Source: Blautia sp. OF03-15BH
GTDB lineage: Bacteria; Bacillota; Clostridia; Lachnospirales; Lachnospiraceae
Assembly: GCF_003463065.1 (NCBI RefSeq)
Contig: NZ_QSCM01000012.1
Location: 3,954 to 67,953 of the forward strand
Direction: 5' to 3'
DNA: 64,000 bases
Shown: positions 56,138-64,000 of the stretch, piece by piece
How positions within the stretch are numbered: position 1 is the first letter of the stretch
Layout: each line of letters starts with the position of its first letter
The notes under the pieces: generated by a model
Database searches by the model: none
Told to the model about the DNA's origin: nothing
Seen by the model: only the letters and a program-made list of their open reading frames with translations
Position numbers and translations under genes: made by a program

Positions 56138-57990
56138 AGCTTTTCCTCCTGTTTTTTCACTTTGTATTTTCCTTCTTCCAGAAGCTGCTGGTTTTCCTCT
56201 GTATAAGGGATCGCCGGGATATGGATCGTGACTTTCATTCCCTCATCCGGATGGCTCTCAATGATCAGACCATACTCTTTTCCAAAACGAAGGCGGATAC
56301 GGCTGTCCACATTGATCAGTCCCACACCGGAGCCCCGTTTTCTTTCACGCGGTTTTTCCGTCAGAAGTCTGGCAGCTTCTTCCTCCGGCATGCCAAGACC
56401 GTTATCCTCTACCTCCAGATAGATATCTCCGTCTTTTTTATATCCTTTTACCAGGATCTCACCTTCTCCATCCATGTATTCCATACCGTAATAGATGGCA
56501 TTTTCCAGAAGCGGCTGAAGCACCAGTTTTACCGTACAGCACTGTTCCACCTCCGGTTCCACCTGAAAGATCACCTGGAACGCATTTTTATAACGGATCT
56601 TCTGGATCCCCATATAGTTCTTTGCATGGCGGATCTCATCTTCGATGCTGATGATCGTTTTTCCCCGGCTTAAGCTTACCCGGAAAAGACTGCCCAGCTG
56701 AGTGGTCATAAAGACAGCCTCTTTGTAGCGTTCCCCTGTGATCATCCAGACGATGGAATCCAGCGTATTGTAAAGAAAATGAGGGTTGATCTGAGACTGG
56801 AGGGCATCCAGCTCGCTTTTCCTCTTTTCTTCCTGCTCCGTGACAATGTCCTTCATCAGCTGATGGATCTGGGACACGGTAGATTGCAGTGTTTTTCCAA
56901 GATGTACCACCTCAAGAGAACCTCCTACATAAATATCCGGATTCAGATTTCCGCTCTCCCATTCTTTCACAGAATCATTCAGTTTTTTCAGCGGCTTCGC
57001 GATCCGTGCGGAAACCAGCTGGTTTAAAACCACCGTTGCCAAAAGAGCCAGCGTCACCAGAAGGATCACCAGATATCGTGTCTCTTCCATTCCCATGGAG
57101 AAGGTTTCCATCGGGACGATACTTACCAGCTTCCAGCCGGTATAGCTGATGGTCTTCACCGTCACCATCCGTTTTTCTCCCATAAAGCGTTCCCGGATCG
57201 TATCATCTTCATAACCGGATGCCTCCCGGTTATCCTCTGAGAGAAGACCGGTTCGAATCAGATTCTGCTTGGGATGGTAAATGATCTCCCCGTTCCGATC
57301 CATGAGGTAGATATACTCTTTGGAAATATCCTGATTGGCTTTTTCCAGAAGCTGCTTGATGCTGCTGTAATTCATATCTACCAGAAGGACGCCCTGCATG
57401 GTATCTCCGTTATTTGTCAGTTCCACACTCCGGCTCAGAGAAACGACCCAGTGATAACGGTAGGAGGGATCGTCAAAGAGATTCTGTACATGGGGGATGG
57501 AAAAATGAAAGTTTTCCAGCTGGCTTACCGCATCCTGAAACCACTCCTGCCCGAGCACGGAAACGCCCGCCTTGACATTGGCAATAGGCGCTGCTGCCAC
57601 CAGCTTTCCGTCACCGGCATAGCAGGCAATGCTGATAAGATTGTCCTTATTGGCCTCGTAAAGAAGATCCATCTCCTCATCCAGTCCATCGATAGCCAGA
57701 TCCTTATCCTTAATGACACTGTAATACATGGCATCGGAGATCCGCCGCATGTTTCTTAAATAATCCTCCAGGCTGATGGCTGTCTGATTTAAGAGCTGCT
57801 CGGAATTTTCTGCATAAAGAGTCTCCGTTTTTCTCGCAAACTGCTGATAGAGCAGAACACCCAGAAAACACATGATACAGACAGATGTGATGGTAAAGGA
57901 TACCGAAATGGTGAGCTGGATACTTTTGGGATCGGTATGCTGCAAAATCCGTTTCCCGATTTTTGCAAAGTATTGTTTTATCTTATCCAC
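56134..57990 (-). CDS. Sensor histidine kinase, YesM-like (HAMP + His_kinase PF06580 + HATPase_c)
   Basis: NPHFLYNTLDSIVWM signature; GTG start overlapping the upstream stop. Confidence 0.85.
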   Translation of the reverse strand: MDKIKQYFAKIGKRILQHTDPKSIQLTISVSFTITSVCIMCFLGVLLYQQFARKTETLYAENSEQLLNQTAISLEDYLRNMRRISDAMYYSVIKDKDLAIDGLDEEMDLLYEANKDNLISIACYAGDGKLVAAAPIANVKAGVSVLGQEWFQDAVSQLENFHFSIPHVQNLFDDPSYRYHWVVSLSRSVELTNNGDTMQGVLLVDMNYSSIKQLLEKANQDISKEYIYLMDRNGEIIYHPKQNLIRTGLLSEDNREASGYEDDTIRERFMGEKRMVTVKTISYTGWKLVSIVPMETFSMGMEETRYLVILLVTLALLATVVLNQLVSARIAKPLKKLNDSVKEWESGNLNPDIYVGGSLEVVHLGKTLQSTVSQIHQLMKDIVTEQEEKRKSELDALQSQINPHFLYNTLDSIVWMITGERYKEAVFMTTQLGSLFRVSLSRGKTIISIEDEIRHAKNYMGIQKIRYKNAFQVIFQVEPEVEQCCTVKLVLQPLLENAIYYGMEYMDGEGEILVKGYKKDGDIYLEVEDNGLGMPEEEAARLLTEKPRERKRGSGVGLINVDSRIRLRFGKEYGLIIESHPDEGMKVTIHIPAIPYTEENQQLLEEGKYKVKKQEEKL

Positions 57991-59593
57991 TGACTTTCAT
58001 TTTCTCCACTCGATATTTGGACGGCGAAATCCCGTATTTTTTCTTGAATGCATAACTGAAATAGTTGGGATCGCCATAGCCTACTTTTCCTGCGATCATA
58101 TACGTCTTGTCATTCGTCGTAAGAAGCAGTTCCTCCGCCGCCTCCATGCGGTAATCCGTGAGATATCCGATGAAGGTTTTCCCCGTCTCCTTTTTAAAAA
58201 CGGTGGAGAAATATGCAGAACTGACTCCCAGGGTCTTGCAGATCGTTTCAATGGAAATGCTCTGATCCGCATAATTTTCCCGGACATACTCGATGGCTCT
58301 CGTCACAAAGGATTTGCTGTTATTCAACCGTTCACTGTTCAGCATCTCCTGAACCTTTTCACCGACATCAATGAGCCAGCTGCAGAGTTCCTCTGAGGAA
58401 TCCGGCTGAAAGACCATCTGGTAGATATCACTTTCTTTCGGAAAGAGTGTTTCCATCTTCAGCTGGTTTTTGTTGCCGAAACGGATGATCTCCGCGATCA
58501 GCTCCATAACAAAAAGCCGGTATTTCTGCAGAGAACTGCCGTTTTCTGTAAAACGTCTCATACAGCCCTGGATTTCTGCCTCCAGCGGTTCTTTGCCGCC
58601 CAGACGGATCTGTTTCATGATCCTCCGTAAGGCTTCCTCCTCCCAGGTCTCTTCTGACTGCTCCTTCGGTTCGATCTCCGCGATGTTAATCGCACGGCTG
58701 CTTCCATAAAGTGCCCGGTAAGAAACGGCATTTCTGGCACCCTGATAGGAAAGCCTTAATTCCTCCAGAGATGCACAGAGCTGTCCGACACCTGCTGTCA
58801 CCCGCACGCCGCAGACTCTTTTCGCCTGCCGGCAGAAATCATCCATCAGATCGGTATAGGCAACGACCTGATCCGCTGAGGAAAGCTGTGAGATCAGAAT
58901 CACGTCACCTAAATAGATCAGTGTCCGGGAACTGTATTTCGGCACCAGCTGTTCTTCTGCCAGCTTTTTCACTGAGACGGTCATAAGAAACGGATTGCTG
59001 TAATCTTTCACATCTGCGGAGCTTAAATGAAGGATCGTCACCAGATAAAGTGGTCCTTCCAGCCGGATCTGATAGTTTTTCAGATAATTACCGATCTCTT
59101 CTGCAGGCACCCGGCCTTCAAACAACGAGGTAAAAAAGTTTTCCTGAAGAAGCGGCAGACTTTCCATATAGTATTCCTGCAGCTTATCAATGTTTCTCTT
59201 TTCATCGATCTCTTTATCCAGAGATTTCCGGATCCTGCCGAAAAGCTCCTGAAGTTCCCCTGCATCGATCGGCTTTAAGATGTATTCCTCCACCTCAATC
59301 CGGATGGCTTCCTTTGCATATTCAAATTCGTCAAAACCAGAAAAAATGATGATCCGGATCGAAGGGTAGCGTTCCTTCAGCCTCCTGCTCAGTTCCAGTC
59401 CGTCCATATATGGCATTTTGATATCGGTCATCACCACATCCGGCTGACACTCTTCTGCCAGTTCCAAAGCTTCTGCCCCGTTATGCGCATAGCCAGCAAT
59501 CCGGAAGCCCATGCTCGCCCAGTCCAGTTTTTTCATAATGATCTGAATGACTTCTTCCTCATCATCCACCAGCATCACGGAATAAAGATTCAT
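57983..59593 (-). CDS. Response regulator, REC + AraC-type HTH (YesN-like)
   Basis: 536 aa; N-terminal receiver (VMLVDDEE...MTDIKMPYMDG); C-terminal AraC HTH. Confidence 0.85.
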   Translation of the reverse strand: MNLYSVMLVDDEEEVIQIIMKKLDWASMGFRIAGYAHNGAEALELAEECQPDVVMTDIKMPYMDGLELSRRLKERYPSIRIIIFSGFDEFEYAKEAIRIEVEEYILKPIDAGELQELFGRIRKSLDKEIDEKRNIDKLQEYYMESLPLLQENFFTSLFEGRVPAEEIGNYLKNYQIRLEGPLYLVTILHLSSADVKDYSNPFLMTVSVKKLAEEQLVPKYSSRTLIYLGDVILISQLSSADQVVAYTDLMDDFCRQAKRVCGVRVTAGVGQLCASLEELRLSYQGARNAVSYRALYGSSRAINIAEIEPKEQSEETWEEEALRRIMKQIRLGGKEPLEAEIQGCMRRFTENGSSLQKYRLFVMELIAEIIRFGNKNQLKMETLFPKESDIYQMVFQPDSSEELCSWLIDVGEKVQEMLNSERLNNSKSFVTRAIEYVRENYADQSISIETICKTLGVSSAYFSTVFKKETGKTFIGYLTDYRMEAAEELLLTTNDKTYMIAGKVGYGDPNYFSYAFKKKYGISPSKYRVEKMKVSG

Positions 59594-59624
59594 CCTGCAG
59601 TCTCCCCTTTATTTTTTGTCGTTA

Positions 59625-59936
59625 TCATTCCCCGTATTTTTTATTCATCTTTTTCCAGAGGATCCCGAAGATCACAAAGGCTATACAGATCTCCACAAGA
59701 GCGATCTCAACACTCCAGTACATGATCACTGCCATTCCAAGAGAAGCAGCCGCCAGGAACACCATGAGCTTTCCAGCCGCTTTTGCAAAGCCTTCCTTAT
59801 CCTTCGGTTTCTTTTTATTCTTTCCATAAATCGAATCCACATCCTGTAAAAACAGAAGGCGGAAGCTGTAATAGATCAGAACGACCGTCATAAGAAGCGG
59901 AATCAGTGCCGTTGATAAATAACTTTCACCTGTCAT
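59625..59936 (-). CDS. Small two-TM membrane protein, hypothetical
   Basis: 103 aa; GGGAGG RBS. Confidence 0.4.
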   Translation of the reverse strand: MTGESYLSTALIPLLMTVVLIYYSFRLLFLQDVDSIYGKNKKKPKDKEGFAKAAGKLMVFLAAASLGMAVIMYWSVEIALVEICIAFVIFGILWKKMNKKYGE

Positions 59937-60018
59937 ATTGATTTCCTCCCATAGTTACTTATAGTAAAAAGGCCGCCGCTTCAGGTCTTGCGACGGCCTT
60001 TTCATTATAATATATTTT

Positions 60019-61005
60019 CTATTTTCTTGCCACGTATTTTCTGATATCCAGAGAAATTGCAACGAAGATAATGATACCAAGAGCGATCCACTGTGCATTG
60101 GAGTTTACTCCCAGGAACTGCAGAGCCGCTTTCAGGATCTCAAATACTGCTACACCGATGATAGCAGAAGAAACTTTACCACGGCCTCCGGAAACGGATA
60201 CACCGCCGATGGTACAAGCCGCGATGGCTTCCATCTCATAACCATAACCAAGCTGTACGGAAGCACCGCCTGCTTTTGCGCCCAGCATGAAACCTGCCAG
60301 ACCATACATAGCAGCTGCTTTTGCGTAGATGATGATCAGAGTTTTCTTTACCGGTACACCGGCAACCTCTGCTGCCTGGGGGTTACCACCGATTGCATAC
60401 ATATATTTGCCGTGACGGGTCATGTTAAAGATAAACCAGGTGATCACTGCCACAAGAAGTGCGATCCAAATCAGGTAGCTGATTCCAAGGAATCTGCCGG
60501 AAGCAATACCGGTATAAGAGGATACATAACCTCCCAGCGGAGTTGCATTGGTGTAGATCATGTTGATACCGTAAACGATCTCCATCATTGCCATGGTGGA
60601 AATGAAGGGCGGTACATTCAGGTAAGCGATGAAGAAACCGGTTACCGCACCAAACAGTGCACATACCAGCATAACGATCAGAAGAGCCAGGAAAATATTC
60701 ATGGGCTTCATGTTCGGGAAAAACTTCTGGGAATAATCCATTTTCTGAAGCAGGGTACCTGCGATACAGCCGCCAAGACCGATCATACGTCCGGCTGACA
60801 GGTCACATCCTGCGGTGATGATACACCCCGCAATACCAAGGGCAATGACCAGACGGGAACTCATATTCATGAGGATGTTGGTCAGGTTATTAACACTTAA
60901 GAAGTTCTTTGAAGTAATACCGGTATAAATTACCAGCAGCACTACGATGATGATTACACCGTAGTTGATCATGATATCTTTAAAACTCAGTTTTTTCTTA
61001 TCCAT
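60019..61005 (-). CDS. Sugar ABC transporter permease (CUT2, RbsC/MglC-like)
   Basis: 328 aa polytopic; GGGAGGAG RBS. Confidence 0.85.
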   Translation of the reverse strand: MDKKKLSFKDIMINYGVIIIVVLLVIYTGITSKNFLSVNNLTNILMNMSSRLVIALGIAGCIITAGCDLSAGRMIGLGGCIAGTLLQKMDYSQKFFPNMKPMNIFLALLIVMLVCALFGAVTGFFIAYLNVPPFISTMAMMEIVYGINMIYTNATPLGGYVSSYTGIASGRFLGISYLIWIALLVAVITWFIFNMTRHGKYMYAIGGNPQAAEVAGVPVKKTLIIIYAKAAAMYGLAGFMLGAKAGGASVQLGYGYEMEAIAACTIGGVSVSGGRGKVSSAIIGVAVFEILKAALQFLGVNSNAQWIALGIIIFVAISLDIRKYVARK

Positions 61006-61023
61006 TATTGGCTCCTCCCATCA

Positions 61024-62532
61024 TCAGAACTGTGTCGCATAGCTCATTACCTTAGCCTGCGTCATATCCTCTTTGTCTTTGATCTCTCCACGCATCTTAC
61101 CGTCGCACATAACATAGACACGGTCGGACATTCCTAAAAGCTCCGCCATCTCAGAGGAAACCATGATGATGGATTTTCCCTGAGCAGCCAGGTCGTTCAT
61201 GATCTCGTAGATCTCATGTTTGGCTCCTACGTCGATACCACGAGTCGGCTCATCCATGATCAGGATATCCGGATCGTTCGCCAGCCATCTGGCAATGATT
61301 ACCTTCTGCTGGTTTCCACCTGACAGATTGGCAATGTGTTCTTTCATGTTCGGAGTCTTGATGCGAAGCTTTTTGATGCTTTCATCCACAACATTTCCGA
61401 TGCTCTTATGATCCAGAACAAAACCACCCTTCAGATATTTATTGTACGTGGAAACACCGACATTATCCTTGATGGAAAGACAGCCGAAGATACCATTTCC
61501 ACGACGGTCCTCTGTGATCAGACCGATACCTGCTTTCATGGCATCTGCCGGATGTTTGATCGTTACTTTCTTTCCTTTGACGTAAACTTCACCGCTCTTT
61601 AAAGCACGGATACCGAAGACACCTTCCAGTACCTCTGTTCTCTGTGCACCGACCAAGCCACCGAAACCAAGGATCTCACCTTTTCTCAGGTTAAAGGAAA
61701 CATCCTGGAAGGACTTGTCGGAAATGGAGGTCATATGTTTGACTTCCATGACAACTTCTCCAGGTTTGTTCTTTCTCTCCGGATAAACGTTCGTCAGGGT
61801 ACGGCCTACCATCTTGGCAATGATGTCATCGGTGGAAAGCTCGTCCGCAGACCAGGTACCTACATAAGTACCATCACGCATGATCGTAATGTCATCTGCG
61901 ATCCGTTTGATCTCGTCCATCTTATGGGAAATATATACCATGGCAACGCCCTTGTCACGAAGGTCGTTCATGATGCGGAAAAGAGCTTCTACCTCATTAT
62001 CGGAAAGAGATGAGGTCGGCTCATCGAAGATCACGACTTTTGCCTGGTGGGAAACTGCTTTTGCAATTTCTACGGACTGCATCTGTCCGATGGAAAGATC
62101 GCCCAGCATTGCCTTGGGGTCAAAGTCCATTTTTACTTCTTTCAGCCAGTAAGCGGTGTCCTCATACATTTTTTTATGGTCTACCACTTTGATCGGACCG
62201 AAGCTTTTCAGCGGGAAACGTCCTTCATAAAGGTTCTCCGCCACGCTTCTTGCAGGAATGGGCTGCAGCTCCTGATGCACCATGGCAATACCATATTTCA
62301 TGGCCTCATCCGGATTACTGATAGTTACTTTCTGTCCATCGAGATAAATTTCTCCGGCATCCATCTTATAGATACCGAACAGGCATTTCATTAAAGTGGA
62401 TTTTCCTGCACCGTTCTCGCCCATCAGCGCATGTACGGTTCCCGGGCGAAGTGCCAGCTGTACGTTATCCAGAGCTTTTACACCTGGGAAGGATTTACAA
62501 ACTCCCTTCATCTCCAGCTTAAATTCTGCCAT
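61024..62532 (-). CDS. Sugar ABC transporter ATP-binding protein (CUT2, tandem NBD, MglA/RbsA-like)
   Basis: 502 aa; two Walker A/B + LSGGQ sets. Confidence 0.9.
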   Translation of the reverse strand: MAEFKLEMKGVCKSFPGVKALDNVQLALRPGTVHALMGENGAGKSTLMKCLFGIYKMDAGEIYLDGQKVTISNPDEAMKYGIAMVHQELQPIPARSVAENLYEGRFPLKSFGPIKVVDHKKMYEDTAYWLKEVKMDFDPKAMLGDLSIGQMQSVEIAKAVSHQAKVVIFDEPTSSLSDNEVEALFRIMNDLRDKGVAMVYISHKMDEIKRIADDITIMRDGTYVGTWSADELSTDDIIAKMVGRTLTNVYPERKNKPGEVVMEVKHMTSISDKSFQDVSFNLRKGEILGFGGLVGAQRTEVLEGVFGIRALKSGEVYVKGKKVTIKHPADAMKAGIGLITEDRRGNGIFGCLSIKDNVGVSTYNKYLKGGFVLDHKSIGNVVDESIKKLRIKTPNMKEHIANLSGGNQQKVIIARWLANDPDILIMDEPTRGIDVGAKHEIYEIMNDLAAQGKSIIMVSSEMAELLGMSDRVYVMCDGKMRGEIKDKEDMTQAKVMSYATQF

Positions 62533-62559
62533 ATTCTCCCTCCTTCTTTCTTAACAGGG

Positions 62560-62690
62560 AGCACTGCAAAATACAAAGCTTCTGCTTGGTGTATTTTGCA
62601 GCGTTCCCTGCACACTCCGTATTAATTTCGCATGGAAAGAGGTGTGGGCGCATTTTTCATCACCCGCACCTCTTTGACTTTTTACTGTCC
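62560..62690. other. Intergenic stem-loops (CTGCAAAATACA...TGTATTTTGCAG 12-bp perfect stem; AGAGGTGCGGGTG...CGCCCACACCTCT) between binding-protein and ATPase genes
   Basis: Perfect inverted repeats without U-tract; likely mRNA stabilizer or attenuator. Confidence 0.4.
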
Positions 62691-62701
62691 TGTGTGTCTG
62701 A

Positions 62702-63799
62702 TTATTTCAGTTTCTCCTGAATGTCAGCTACGTTGTCGCCGGTAACTTTTACATAGTCACAGCCGATGTAGTGCTCATTCTCGGTTTCTGTCAGATAGTT
62801 AGCTGCTGCGTCTGCTGCTGCATGAGACTGAGAGAAATGATCGTTGAATACGGTACCGGTCATTTTTCCGGATGCTACATTATCCAGAGCCTCGGTCAGA
62901 GCGTCAACGCCTACCAGATAGATATCCTCGCCAACGGTACGGCCAGCTGCCTCGATGGACTGCAGAGCGCCAAGTGCCATTGCGTCGTTGTTACAGAATA
63001 CAACTTCTACATCATCACCATACTGGCTTAAGGAGTTAGCAACCAGCTGCTGAGCGGTAGCCTGATCCCAGTTACCAACCTGATCATCCAGGCAGTTTAC
63101 TTCAAGACCAGCATCCTCAAGTGCTTTGATGGAGAACTCGGTACGATATTTCGCATCTACGTTCTCCGGGTCACCCTCGATCATAACGTAGTCGATTTTG
63201 CCGTTTCCGTTTTTGTCAATCGCATCCAGACCCAGATCTGCAATGATCTCGCCCTGGAAGGTACCGGACTGTCTAGCATCACAACCTACATAAGTTACGT
63301 TCCAGTTGTTCTCTGCCCATCTTGCTTCCTCGTCCTCACTCGGCTCACGGTTGATGTATACCAGCGGGATTCCAGCATCTACAACTTTATCGGTAATGGT
63401 CTCTGCGGAAGAGGTGTTTACCGGGTTAATAATCAGAACATCTACGCCGTCAGCGATGAAAGCATCGATCTGGTTGGACTGGGTAGCCTGGTCATTCTGG
63501 CCATCCTGAATGGTGATATTCTCTTTGCTGAATCCAAGTTTTACCAGGTAATCCTCAAGCTCTGTACGGAACAGGGTCATGAAGTTATCGGAGAACTGAT
63601 AGATACAAACGCCAACTTTTTTATCAGCCAGATCCGGATTTGCTACCGGCTCAGCATTCTCTTCTGCTGCAGCTTCTGTAGCAGCTTCTGTGGTAACCTC
63701 GGTAGCTGCCTCAGTCTCTTCATCTGCCATTACCGGAACTACAACCATGGATGCTACCATTGCTGTTGCAAGCAGTGCGCTGATTAATTTTCTTTTCAT
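62702..63799 (-). CDS. Sugar ABC transporter substrate-binding protein (PBP type 1, MglB-like) with Glu/Ala/Thr-rich linker
   Basis: 365 aa; signal peptide; AGGAGGG RBS. Confidence 0.8.
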   Translation of the reverse strand: MKRKLISALLATAMVASMVVVPVMADEETEAATEVTTEAATEAAAEENAEPVANPDLADKKVGVCIYQFSDNFMTLFRTELEDYLVKLGFSKENITIQDGQNDQATQSNQIDAFIADGVDVLIINPVNTSSAETITDKVVDAGIPLVYINREPSEDEEARWAENNWNVTYVGCDARQSGTFQGEIIADLGLDAIDKNGNGKIDYVMIEGDPENVDAKYRTEFSIKALEDAGLEVNCLDDQVGNWDQATAQQLVANSLSQYGDDVEVVFCNNDAMALGALQSIEAAGRTVGEDIYLVGVDALTEALDNVASGKMTGTVFNDHFSQSHAAADAAANYLTETENEHYIGCDYVKVTGDNVADIQEKLK

Positions 63800-64000
63800 T
63801 TTAAAACCCTCCTGTTTTTACTTTGTTTTGTTTGGTTTTCTTTTCGTTTCTGGTGCTATTATAGCAGTTTTATACTTGAAAAAACCATATAAAATCCTTC
63901 TTTTTTTCTCGAAAATTCTTCTTTCTTTTAGGGATGTTGATTGTTTTTAAGAAATATTTTCGTTATTTTGTTGTCAGGTTGTATATGACATAGGAGGAGA

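Overview
This window reads as chromosomal DNA from a Firmicutes/Clostridia (Lachnospiraceae-like) gut bacterium, about 48-50% GC, with AGGAGG-type ribosome-binding sites, frequent 4-nt ATGA/ATGCTGA gene overlaps and many A-run/hairpin/T-run bidirectional terminators. Most genes are on the minus strand. Content is mainly housekeeping: rnz, tsaE-tsaB-rimI, an FMN-riboswitch-controlled ribU-nudix unit, lon preceded by a CIRCE/HrcA operator, tex, lysC, ACT-hom, hpf-feoA-secA-prfB, mrp, coaBC/panT/coaX, an ABC-F ATPase and trpS. There are three carbohydrate loci. (i) A GH35-like + GH5 locus with a CUT1 ABC transporter, two solute-binding proteins and a histidine kinase/LuxR-type regulator pair. (ii) A GH20 hexosaminidase + AraC regulator + sugar-1-phosphate nucleotidyltransferase + NahK-like N-acetylhexosamine 1-kinase salvage locus. 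(iii) A three-component (anchored binding-protein sensor + YesM-like kinase + YesN-like AraC-type regulator) sugar-sensing system with a CUT2 ABC transporter. Accessory or unusual content: a 144-bp MITE family with two intact inverted copies flanking a 6.4-kb segment, one of which rewrote the 3-prime end of the AraC gene, plus degenerate copies; an orphan PBECR4-like toxin-domain gene inserted between convergent coaX and nahK, bracketed by a duplicated terminator hairpin; a ydjIGH-like SPFH/zinc-ribbon/TPM membrane module with a Q-rich tail; an AAA-ATPase + PD-(D/E)XK gene translationally coupled to a DUF2752 gene; and a repeat-rich structured leader upstream of the ABC-F gene. No rRNA, tRNA or CRISPR was seen.
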